64,000 bases of DNA from positions 90,139,126-90,203,125 of the forward strand of contig NC_090377.1 in the NCBI RefSeq assembly GCF_036365525.1. Reading direction: 5' to 3'. The DNA is from Heterodontus francisci. Lineage: Eukaryota. Of the stretch, positions 1-11,044 are shown piece by piece. The notes below the pieces were generated by a model. The model did no database searches and had not been told where the DNA came from. It worked only from the letters and a program-made list of their open reading frames with translations. Both the position numbers and the translations under genes were made by a program. Each line of letters starts with the position of its first letter. Positions within the stretch are counted from its first letter, which is position 1.

Positions 1-624
1 CTTGTTGCCACTTCTGATCACATTTGACACTCACTCTCTCAGCACTGTGCCTGGCCTCCGGCAACCAGTTAACATTTAATAAACATTTGGGGGCTGGAGA
101 ATGAGTAGCGTAAACAGAGAAATTTTAGGGAAAATGTATTAAATGGTAAAATCACTCAGTGGGTTGCAAAATTCAATTTCAAAATACATTGAGAAGCCCC
201 ATATTTATGGAAAAACCCTTAAAAATGGTGACATTTACCTGCAATACCTGTTATGCCTATAGTTAGTGCTGTGAGGGTTTTTCCATGTTAAATATCACAA
301 AGTTAGCTACAAAAATAAGCAGCTATATAGTATAAATAGTTAAGACCAAACAATTTTGAGTATGCATGCAGTTGCACTTTGTGTCACTGTGAAGTACCCT
401 AACTTTGTCAACCAGCAGCCAAACTGGTGTAGGTAAGCATTCCTCCCAAGTTGCAGATTTTAGGTATTAAGAAAAAATAATAGGCTCTTGACATATCCAC
501 TTGGCCTCCCACCACACCCTCACTTACTAAGTCCTCCTCTCAAAACATACCTTTACCAATGGGTATCTCAGAAGTCAGCCATCCGATCCTTCAGACACAG
601 GATCTTGCTGTTTGGCTGTCAATA

Positions 625-900
625 ACAACTTGCATTTATGTAGCATCTTTAATAAAGTAAAGCATCCCAAAGTGCTTCATGACCATTATGAAGCAAATTT
701 AACACTAAGCCACATAAGGAAATATCAGGGCAGATGACCTAAAACTTAATCAAAGAGACAGGTTTTAAGGATAATCTTAAAGGACGAGGTAGAGAGGTAG
801 AGAGGTTTAAGTAGGGAATTTCAGAGCTCGGGGACTCAGCAGCCAATGGCGGAGCAATTAAAATCAGATGAACAAGAGGCCAGAGTTAGATGCGCGCAAA
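625..900 (-). mobile_element. L2-like LINE 3' fragment
   Basis: The terminus ACAACTTGCATTTATGTAGCATCTTTAA..CCCAAAGTGCTTCA recurs at 10957, 12800 and 60138. At 12800 it leads into L2-type RT C-terminal sequence (LADLQWL..LDFKIL). Confidence 0.6.
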
Positions 901-1332
901 TACCTGAGGTACTCCATGGTTACGGATCAACCTGGAGGCAGGTTACTCATTGCATCCCACAGTGATCAGTGTTAAACCCATTACTGTTCACGGTTTTCAT
1001 TAATTAATAGTCGTGTTGGGGGTATGATCAGCAAGTTTACAGTGACACAAACATTTATGCAAGTGTTAAGACTATAGAGGAGTACAATGATCCGGAGAAA
1101 GGTTTATATGTGCTTTGGGAATGGGCTAAAGAATTGTCAATTACATTTAACCTAAACAAATGCAGTATAATGTATATGGGCAGGATCAACACAGAATATG
1201 CTTACGATTTATAAGGAACAATATCACAAGTAGTTGAGAGAGAAAAATATTTGGGTGTTATTGTGCACAGATCACTCAAGATTCATGACCAATGCAGAAA
1301 GCCACAACCAAAGCAAACATTAATATAACAGT

Positions 1333-2549
1333 TGTTATGACCAGGTGAGAAAGAGGTCTAGGGTTCCTTTTCAGCCTTCATCTGGTCTAACTGTAACAGG
1401 ATTTTATTTTTAAACACACTGTGGTTTTAGCAGCCCCTTGGTGAATCCATGTTCACCACTTTCCAATTATAAATTCCATTATATGGGCAACACAGTGGTG
1501 AGCACCCCCAGCCTCACAGCTCCAGTGACCTGGGTTCAGTTCTGGGTACTGCCTGTGCGGAGTTTGCAAGTTCTCCCTGTGATCGTGTGGGTTTCTGAAG
1601 GGTGCTTCGGTTTCCTCCCACAGCCAAAGACTTGCAGGTTGATAGATAAATTGGCCATTGTAAATTTCCCCTAGTGTAAGTAGGTGGTAGGAGAATTGTG
1701 GGGATGTGAGAGGGATATGGGATTAACGTAGGATGAGTATAAATGGGTGGTTGATGGTCAGCACAGACTGAGTGGGCCGAAGGGCCTGTTTCAGTGCTGT
1801 ATCTCTCTATGACTCTATAAAGCAAAGAAACCAGCACAAACAGGCTTTCTTAGATTTAAAGAAGAAAAGTTGAAATTTATTAAACTTAAACTCTAATTCA
1901 GTAATTCCTAAAGATACACGATGTGCCCATGCTAGCATGTATATGTGATACACACATGCAACTAGAGACAAAAAAGAGCAGAAGAAAAATAAAGTGGAAA
2001 AGCTTGAAGCAATATCTGAAGAGTTGTTGTTATGGTTCTTCAAGCTCACTGTAGAGTCCTTGATTGTAGGTAGAACTTGCTTTTCGTTGGGGCCCAGTAT
2101 TCTTCTTAAACCTCGTTCACTGTAGGAGACATTTCTCTCTCGGAGTTCATGTGTCTTCAGTGGGTTTTGGAGTTCTGTGAGAAAGAGATGGGAGCAGACA
2201 GGAGAGGCTGTGACGAGCCAGCCAGGACAGGTCTTTTCAATCCAGGAGCAAAACAGCTTTCTGCAGACTCTCAGTTCAAACTATACAATTCAGAAAAAAA
2301 CACACTGCCAAGCAGGTTAGTCATGTGACTAACTGGTTTGACCACGTCTGTCTGTGCATTGTATTGGAGCAGGGGATAGCTCCTTTGTTCCAAGCACTGT
2401 CTGTTAATATGAAAAAATGTCTTTCCAGCCAGGGGCCTGGCAACCCCTTGTCACAGGCCTTCTCTTCTTCCCAGCAACAATTTGAAACTTAATGTCCATG
2501 TGGTGAAATTAATGTGCCTCATTCTTGGCAGGTGAGGGCCTGCATGACA
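1333..2549 (-). mobile_element. Solo LTR (~870 bp plus inserted SINE), 4-bp TSD CAGT
   Basis: TGTTATGA...CATGACA termini; CAGT at 1329-1332 and 2550-2553; homologous in reverse complement to 26331-26904. Confidence 0.8.
1474..1815 (+). mobile_element. HE1-like V-SINE inserted in the LTR
   Basis: tRNA-like head, V-domain (GGGTGCTTCGGTTTCCTCCCACAGCCAAAGAC), CR1-derived tail (GGGCCGAAGGGCCTGTTTCAGTGCTGTATCTCT); flanked by TATAAA. Confidence 0.85.
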
Positions 2550-4619
2550 CAGTTATGCTAATAGGACCATTCAACACAAGTAAAAAGGACACAATTCTGT
2601 CCTTATACAGGTCCTTGATTAGATTGCATCTAGAGTACAGCATTGCAGACTCCTCCATTACTGCCCCTGGGTATGTCCTGCCCCACCAGCAGAACAGACC
2701 CACCAGAGGTAGGGGGCACAGTGGTGTACAGTCAGGTGGGAGAAGCCCTGCGAGTCCTCAACACTGACTCTGGATCCCATGAAGTCTCACGGCTTCAGGC
2801 CAAACATGGGCAAGGAGACATCCTGCCGATCATCACTTACTCCCTCAGTTGATGAATCAGTACTTCATGTGGAAAAGCTGTACTATATGCTAAGAGCGGA
2901 TCATTTTGTAATAGCGCCCTCTCTGTTGGGAGGTTATATTGAATAAAGGAGTGAGACAAAATTGTCAATTAAGTACAGCAGGGTGGTCCAACCTTTTCAC
3001 ATGGTGGGGGGGGGGGGGGCCACATTACAATTTTTGTCTTACATAGGGGGCCGGTGAGACAATTTCAGAAAGATAAAGGCATTAAAAATTTATCTTACTA
3101 TTAATCAAAACAACAACAAATATGCATTTTGGTGAAGAAGCTTTAAATGAGAAGATAACTGACTCCTCTGCACTCCCCCACCCCAGCCCCCTGTGAGGAT
3201 CCAGCAGCACTCTCTGGAAAATCTGGAAACTTATCCGAACATCTCCAAAAACACTCCAGAGTATGTCCAGACATTTTGCATTGGAAAAAGTTCCAAAAAA
3301 TTACTTTACCTGCAACGAGAGTGCCTGGTCCTTTAAATAACACCCCTGCAGCAACCTCCTTGCAGTTTTACACTTATTTTTTCAAGTGAACAATGAGGGA
3401 CTGCCTGGACATTCATTGCCTGAATTTCAAATTCTGGCATCACATCAGCCAGTTGGGCTGTGAGATGTCAGGATAGCACCGAATCCATAGCCTTCCAGCG
3501 TCCACAGAGTCATACAGGTAATAGTCCCAAAATGTTATAGCCAGTTATATTTAAAATTCTCACACTCACTGCAGTATAACTAAATCCAAGTGCAAATCCA
3601 AGTTTTGAAAGTTCGATTGAATGGCCTGGGATTTCTTTTAACTGAACAGTGTTTTTAGTATTACTAGAGAACTAACGTTCTCATCGGTTCTGTCCTAGTA
3701 TTAAATATTATTTGGCATTCAGATGCCGACGAGCAGAGCATGCAAAGTGTTTCATAGTCCCTAGGCACATAAACAATGCAAAGTCAGCATTATAACTCAG
3801 GTTCTTTCATCGTTGCATCCCACTATCCTCATCTAACTATTAAAAGGATTGTTTGAAATAGCTCCAACCTCAATGGAGATATTCCTTTTCGTGACAGAAT
3901 ATGTATGCAACAGTTTTTCAGTTTTTGTGAGGAAGAATGTTTTACATTGAAGTTACTTTCTTCAACAACATTTCTTTGTATTACAGTAGCACTCACTGGA
4001 TTAGGGAAACTTCAAAAGTGTTTAATCCCTTTTTAATTAGCTATTCAACTGCGAGGCTCAAAATACTAATCCTTTGCCTATGGGACACCATTTGGGAGGA
4101 TCACAGCAACAGTTTGGATTAGGAATAGGGAATCATGGGGCTTCAGGAATTTTTGCTTGAGCTGTTTACTGTATATCAGTTCTTTACAAACATACATACA
4201 AAAGGTTATTTTGCAAATTGTTACTATTTTCTCCGTTTTGAAAGTAAATAAAATAGGCTAAAATATAAGAAGGAAAATATGTATAATAGTAAAATACACA
4301 TTGGCTATGTTTGGAAGAAAGGAAAACATGGCAAACTGGTTACAGAAATTAAAATCCTCAAAAGCGCAATGTGCAAAAGCAGACTTTTATTGAAAATTAA
4401 CTGGCATAAATTCTCAAGGCAGTTTCCGCTTTAACAAACCTGATAAGAAAATGAGTAAATCCTATATATTTATGAGAGTGAGAGAGAATGGATTGAAGAA
4501 AATTAAATTTAAATTCACATTTTAGTTGGCCAAAATATTCTGATCAGCGTGCTTTTTAGGATATTTAAAAAAATCTAAAGATCTGATGAGTTTTGAGTTG
4601 CTTAAAAGTAATAGAATAG

Positions 4620-4820
4620 CTCTCCCACTGGTTTAGTTAGTTGTTCCAGTCGGCAGCTGAACCAAACAGACCAAGAAGGTCTCAGGATAATTCACTGTTC
4701 TCTGTTAAGTGAGCTGATCTCGAAGGGCTTAGGTTGGCCTGCTGTAATTGGGCTCGATACCTTTGAGTTGAGGTGGGAAAAACTGGCTAAAGCTTTTCTT
4801 TCTGAGAATCACTCTGACCC
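4620..4820 (+). mobile_element. LF-SINE-like relic
   Basis: CTGAACCAAACAGACCAAGAAGGTCTCAGG...GAGCTGATCTC resembles the LF-SINE 5' region as recalled; related copies at about 14790 and 59860. Confidence 0.5.
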
Positions 4821-4859
4821 TCTTCTTAAAGAGATGTTAAAGAAAGACTTATAATCACA

Positions 4860-5255
4860 GGACATAACAAAGTGCTCTACAGCCTGAACTACACTTCTGA
4901 AGTGCTTTCAGTCAGAAATGCACAGCCAATTTGTGCACAGCAAGCTCCCACAAACAGCAAAATAATAATGATTAGATAATCTGTTCCAGCAATGTTGATT
5001 GAGGGAATATATATTGACCAGGACACAGGGGATAACTTCCCTGCCCTTCTTCAAAATAGCTCAGGGGAATCTTTCACATCCATCTGATAGGGCAGATGTA
5101 CCTTTGGTTTAATGTCACATCCAAACGACAGCACCTCTAGCAATACAGCACTTCTTTGGTACTGCACTGGAGTGCTAGCCTGGATTTTTGTGCTCAAATG
5201 TGTGGAGTGGGACTTAAACCTTCTGATTCAGAAGTGTGAGTGCTACCAACTGAAT
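4860..5255 (-). mobile_element. Deu-domain SINE (SacSINE1/AmnSINE1-like)
   Basis: Reverse strand reads GAGGTGCTGTCGTTTGGATGTGACATTAAACCAAAGG...CTATTTTGAAGAAGGGCAGGGAAGTTATCCCCTGTGTCCTGGTCAATAT, matching the Deu core. Confidence 0.7.
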
Positions 5256-5744
5256 GACACCTGACAACTTGAAATGCTGTGTAAGACCAGGATTGAGCTC
5301 AGCTGTATTGCAGACCTTATCAATTAACCTGCCAACACTCACTCTCTATGAATGTCAAGTATCATACATGAACAAGATCCAAGTTCATGAGGTTATAGGT
5401 CAGTGCTTGTGTAACAATGCAACAATTCCACAGCAATGGCTGGGAATTTCCCAGGAATGGGAACAGCTCTGAAGAAATTTCCACCCAATGCCTTTAGGAC
5501 AGGAGGAAGTGGACAGGAGAAAAATTAAAGGAAAAAGTTGGTAAGAAAAACAATAAACAATTAAAATAGACAGTTGAACTTGAATTTATGTTCTGATTCA
5601 CACTAATGAGTAACAAAGCTCCATAGGGATAATGTTGTTGGGCTCTGCTGTTAACATGAGTTTGGGTGGGGGAATTGAGTTTATTGATCAAAACATGACA
5701 GGAAGTGCTTGCAAGTATCAAAAGGCAGGTGTTTTCCTGAGTTG

Positions 5745-6357
5745 TTATTGCTTAAATACTTAAAGGGATAGACAGGGTAGATGCAGGCAAGAACCAGAGG
5801 ACACAATTTCAAAATAAGGGGGAAGTCACTTAGAACAGGGATGAGGAGAGATTTCGTTACTCAGAGGGTTGTGAATCTTTGGAATTCTCTACCCAGAGGG
5901 CTGTGGAATCCCAGTCAGGTACTGCCTGTGCGGAGTTTGCAAGTTCTCCCTGTGACTGCGTGGGTTTTCGCCGGGTGCTCCGGTTTCCTCCCACATCCAA
6001 AGACTTGCAGGTGATAGGTAAATTGGCTGTTGTAAATTGCCCCTAGTGTAGGGAGGTGATAGGGAATATGGGATTACTGTAGGGTTAGTATAAATGGCTG
6101 GTTGTTGGTCGGCACAGACTCGGTGGGCCGAAGGGCCTGTTTCAGTGCTGTATCTCTAAATAAAAATAAATAAATAAAATTTTAAAAATAAATAAATAAA
6201 TAATATGTTTAAAGTGAAGATTGACAGATTTCTAAATACCAATGACATAAAGGGATATGGGGGGAAAAAGGCATTGAAGTGAATGATCAGCCATAATCGT
6301 ATTGAATGGCAGAGCAGGCTCGATGGGCTGAATGGCCTACTCCTGCTCCTATGTTCC
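5745..6357 (+). mobile_element. CR1/HER1 LINE 3' end interrupted by a 5'-truncated HE1 SINE (about 5918-6200)
   Basis: RTRGHNFKIRG..MRRDFVTQRVVNLWNSLP motif, then SINE V-domain and (TAAA)n tail, then the CR1 3' UTR resumes. Confidence 0.8.
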
Positions 6358-6858
6358 CATTTCAAAAATGCTTTGCTAGCCAAAGTATTCCTTTGATAAG
6401 ATTCTAGCCATGTTAACAATGCGTGCTTTTGAATGAAAAAGGTTAATTGACCTGTGAGCAAAAGGTTTCTTTTTTCAATTAAACATGATAGTCTATCCAA
6501 ATCAATTTAATAAAGAACATTTTTTATGATGCTTACAGTTGAATTATGTTCCCAACTGTAAGATATCCCTTTATACTCAACACAGACCTACTTCATATGT
6601 TAAACTTAAGCATGTTTAACAATGAGAAACTGTGTCGATCCTAAAACCAGTTATTTTGAATATCTAACTACAAGCTAGAAACAAAGTAATCCTAAACCAA
6701 TGCCTAAAGAGCAAGATGATTTATAAGACCTAAACCATACTAATTAGTTACAGCAAAATTATAAAGATCACACTCAAAAATCAAAATAAAAATTGACATT
6801 TTTTTCTAGTTTTTTGAGTTTTTAAGCTGACAGACTAAACCAAAGCCTCTTGAACAAT

Positions 6859-7712
6859 TCTTTTGGGCCTCCTTATCTCGAGAGACAATGGATACGCGCC
6901 TGGAGGTGGTCAGTGGTTTGTGAAGCAGCGCCTGGAGTGGCTATAAAGGCCAATTCTGGAGTGACAGGCTCTTCCACAGGTGCTGCAGAGAAATTTGTTT
7001 GTTGGGGCTGTTGCACAGTTGGCTCTCCCCTTGCGCCTCTGTCTTTTTTCCTGCCAACTACTAAGTCTCTTCGACTCGCCACAATTTAGCCCTGTCTTTA
7101 TGGCTGCCCGCCAGCTCTGGCGAATGCTGGCAACTGACTCCCACGACTTGTGATCAATGTCACACGATTTCATGTCGCGTTTGCAGACGTCTTTATAACG
7201 GAGACATGGACGGCCGGTGGGTCTGATACCAGTGGCGAGCTCGCTGTACAATGTGTCTTTGGGGATCCTGCCATCTTCCATGCGGCTCACATGGCCAAGC
7301 CATCTCAAGCGCCGCTGACTCAGTAGTGTGTATAAGCTGGGGATGTTGGCCGCTTCAAGGACTTCTGTGTTGGAGATATAGTCCTGCCACCTGATGCCAA
7401 GTATTCTCCGAAGGCAGCGAAGATGGAATGAATTGAGACGTCGCTCTTGGCTGGCATACGTTGTCCAGGCCTCGCTGCCGTAGAGCAAGGTACTGAGGAC
7501 ACAGGCCTGATACACTCGGACTTTTGTGTTCCGTGTCAGTGCGCCATTTTCCCACACTCTCTTGGCCAGTCTGAACATAGCAGTGGAAGCCTTACCCATG
7601 CGCTTGTTGATTTCTGCATCTAGAGACAGGTTACTGGTGATAGTTGAGCCTAGGTAGGTGAACTCTTGAACCACTTCCAGAGCGTGGTCGCCAATATTGA
7701 TGGATGGAGCAT
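6859..7712 (-). mobile_element. Young 5'-truncated RTE-clade LINE
   Basis: Open ORF (FTYLGS, YGSEAWT, RRLRWLGHVSRM, C-terminal CxxC..HxxxC); 9-bp TSD TTGAACAAT at 6850-6858 and 7713-7721; nearly identical to the copy at 56738-57965. Confidence 0.92.
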
Positions 7713-8782
7713 TTGAACAATATAGCCTACTTTTAAAGGTCATAAAAACATGTCACGACATGCCTATTTCTGTTGAGGCAAAGAATTCTAGGCTTGTACA
7801 TTTATTTGTTTATGTTACAACATTGAGATGTATGATGCCCCAGCTCAGCACGACTTATATTCTTGATTTTTTTGAACATCTATCATATATACACATCACA
7901 CTTAGATATAACATATGTCCCACAGTATGTTAATCGAATTATTTTCAATCTACTTGTTACTATTTGAGTTCAATGCATTTTGCATAGAAATCAGACACCA
8001 TTCATTTCAAGCAGCAGCTCAAGGTTTTACAACAATCACCCCTTTATTTTGACACAAAATTGTAAAAACCATTCAGTACTTTTGTAACTTTTTAGCATTC
8101 ATATATAATAACAAATAATATTTTTAATTCTGATACCTTCTGATACTTTATATTGCTTTTGCTAAGTTTTCTGAGTTTTTTTCTTACTGAAGGAGTGAAT
8201 AGTTAAAAGGCTATTTAGAAGATAGACTTCATTGGGAGTGCCTATTACTATGCTTTTAATAAGTGACTTATTTTAACTTATGTCATTCTTTAAAATCAAC
8301 ATAGCTCCATAGGGATAATGTTGTGGGGCTCTGCTGCTTACACAAGTTGGAGAACTGGGGCTTTCATGGCCCTATTTCAAATCTGCATTCACAAATAGTG
8401 AAGTTTGGCAATTGCTGACAGCTGAATCTCACAAATTTATGTCTCATATCTTTGAATAGGTGTAGAATCTATGTTAACTCTTTCAGTCACAAACACAACT
8501 CCTAATATTTCTCCAATGTTGATATTTCTACTGTAATGCAGAGAATATAACTACTTATACACAGGATGTCTTAGCTCTAAATACATCTTAATGTTTTTCC
8601 TCTTTTCTGCATCCTCACTGTGCTGAATTCAAGACTCATCATTCAGTCTCCCACTCCTACTCATTCTTCCTGGGATCTCAAAACTTTGGAACCACTTACC
8701 TCCCTCAGCCTTTGCTTTCTCCTGTAATCTTTAGATATTAATAACATTAAGAAGTTTGATGTCAATTAAGCATTGCTTCCCA

Positions 8783-8910
8783 TGAAGGGTCACTGACCCA
8801 AAACGTTAACTCTGCTTCTCTTTCCACAGATGCTGCCAGACCTGCTGAGTGGTTCCAGCATTTCTTGTTTTTATTTCAGATTTCCAGCATCCGCAGTATT
8901 TTGTTTTTAT
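8783..8910 (+). mobile_element. Short Penelope-like terminal-repeat insertion
   Basis: Same sequence as the 3' end of the element at 11045-12585; 17-bp TSD TTAAGCATTGCTTCCCA at 8766-8782 and 8911-8927. Confidence 0.8.
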
Positions 8911-9039
8911 TTAAGCATTGCTTCCCAGTTTAGTTTGCCTTCTCTTTTCCACTTTCAATCTGTTATCTGGCCTTAGTCTTACATCCCAATTTCTGAATAA
9001 AAAATAAAAAGTTGTTTTGATATAGCATTGCTCAGAAAA

Positions 9040-9400
9040 AACACAAGGTACTTGATGTTCAATGAGTTCCTTTGAAGTTCAGTGACTATTACATAGGGAA
9101 ATGTCGCAGCAATTTTGCACACAGCAAGATTCCACAAACAGCAATGAGCTGAATGACTAGTTAATCTATTGTCTGGTAATGTCAGTGGAGGGAAGAATTT
9201 TGGAAGAGTAGTATTATGGGATATTGAATATTCACTTAAACGGTAAGTACAGGGAGACAGGACTTCATTTTAGCATCACTGGTGGTGGACAACAGTACTT
9301 GTGCGGTACTGCATTGGAGTATTAACTTAGGTTGTCTGCTCAAGTCTATGGGCTTGGATGCACAACCTTCTTACACAGAGGTAAAGTGCTATCAACTGAA
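9040..9400 (-). mobile_element. Older Deu-domain SINE copy
   Basis: Shares GCACAGCAAGATTCCACAAACAGCAA and GTACTGCATTGGAGT blocks with 4860-5255. Confidence 0.55.
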
Positions 9401-10184
9401 GGTTACACAAAATTTTTTTAACTTGATCTTTTGCTGCACGCTTAAGAATTTTCCAGATTTGAATCGAAATAGATACGAAAGTTGCTCGTTTCTCCCAGAG
9501 AAAAAAAATGTTTTGCATCAGTTTAATTAATTGTGCTTTTAAAATTTTCTGTGATTTGTACATTTTACTAACTAGATGCTTTTTTGATTTTATTTCCAAT
9601 CATTTTGTAATTAAATATTTGTTCAAGGCACTGGTGCAATCATTGCTAATTTGGCTTAAATGTTTTATTTCTAATGTTTCTTCTTTGAGTTTTGAAGGCT
9701 GTAACAAGCTTGATGCAGCTTTTGATCCGAGACATGCCAAATTATTCCAGTTTTTCCTTGACGACCAATTGGATGTGCCTGTGCATTGAAGAATCACACA
9801 CCCAAAACTTTTGAGGATTTCGTTCTTGCATTTTTCAATTTTCTGGAATCTTCCTTATTTTATTGAATATTCGATTGGTTTTATTTCTGCTATTTTTAAT
9901 AATTATTACAGAAATTAATTCAGTGCTTTTCCTACGTTCTCTGATTTTTCATTTGTTTTTGACTTTGCTGTTTGTTTTACATATGAACTCCGATCAGGGG
10001 AGTTGATTTACAGTGACTGAGTGGTCAAATGCTGCTCTTACTACATGGGATTATAGAATATTCATCAGTGGTTTGAGTATCTATACCGCAATTCCGTTCA
10101 CATTTGGGCCATAACACAAAACAGATGCATTGGTTGTTGTGCTGCAGATCTGCCTCCACCAGAAGCCCTCCCCTTTTATAGTCC

Positions 10185-10320
10185 AGCATTGTTGCGCATT
10201 CCGATGTAATGTGTCCTCCTAAGCTGCTCAGCATTGACGGCGCTGTAGAGCTCAGTCTGGCAAACGTTTCCACCGCGCATGCATGCAGTCTCTGTGTACT
10301 TCCGGGAGTCGCACATGAGA
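10185..10320 (+). promoter_or_regulatory. Putative ASDURF/ASNSD1 housekeeping promoter
   Basis: Locally CpG-rich; NRF1-like CGCGCATGCA at 10274 and ETS/GABP ACTTCCGG at 10298-10305, just upstream of the first coding exon. Confidence 0.55.
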
Positions 10321-10362
10321 AGAATCTGGAGAGAGCAGCTGTTGGATGTTTAAGTTGTGGTG

Positions 10363-10428
10363 ATGGAGGCCGCTCCAAATAAAATACAAGGCAGTGAGAC
10401 AGCCCGGAAAGAAGAGTTGAATAAACAG
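10363..10428 (+). CDS. ASDURF: ASDURF exon 1 coding part (MEAAPNKIQGSETARKEELNKQ)
   Basis: ATG in GTGATGG context, phase-0 donor CAG|GTATGA; RKEELNKQ aligns with the recalled human HKEDLSSK. Confidence 0.8.
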
Positions 10429-10689
10429 GTATGATTCCCATGAGTGTAGCCTGGGCAGCAACGGGAAGGACTGTAACCCGGGGTAACCGCACCCTGGGAA
10501 GCCTGTCTTGGTGCAAGGTGGCAAACCGCTTCCTTTGGTGTTAGAAGAATCTCACTGTTATGGTATCGCGGATTTTGACAAGTGTAACGTGTCCAGTTAA
10601 CACAATTTGAATCGGTTTCTCAAATGTAAAGCCTGGTATAAATATTTATATCTATTTAAATATGTATATACAGGTACTTAACTGATAGT

Positions 10690-10952
10690 TGCACATTTTA
10701 AAAGGCGATATGAGGAAAAACTTTGTTATGCAGCGAGTGGTTAGGATCTGGAATGCACTGCCTGAGAGAGTAATGGAGGCGGATTTGATCGTGGCTTTCA
10801 AAAGGGATTTGGGTAATTATCTGAAGAGAGAAAAAATTGGGGGGCTACAGGGAAAAGGCGGGGGAGTGGGACTAGCTGAGTTGCATTTACAAAGAGTTGG
10901 TATGGACACGATGAGCCAAATGGCCTCCTGAGTTGTATGCGTTCTATGAATC
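10690..10952 (+). mobile_element. CR1 LINE 3' fragment
   Basis: MRKNFVMQRVVRIWNALPE..AFKRDL motif plus CR1 3' tail. Confidence 0.8.
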
Positions 10953-11044
10953 TAACAACAACTTGTATTTATACAGCACCTTTAAGGTAGTAAAACGGCC
11001 CTTAGCACTTCACGGGAAGGTTATCAAACAAAATTTGACACCAA

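Larger units (their letters stand above)
1015..2645 (+). mobile_element. Old CR1-like LINE relic (1015-1332 and 2550-2645) split by a solo LTR
   Basis: Degenerate CR1 RT motifs lie on both sides of the LTR (ISKF..DT, EKYLGVIV; ILSLYRSLIRLHLEY). Confidence 0.6.

Noticed and set aside
2978-3130. hAT-like left terminus CAGGGTGGTCCAACCTTTT
   Set aside because: No matching right TIR or 8-bp TSD found, so the element cannot be delimited.
10025-10524. 163-aa and 90-aa minus ORFs over the promoter
   Set aside because: Antisense to ASDURF exon 1 in GC-richer DNA, non-ATG starts, no recognisable domain.
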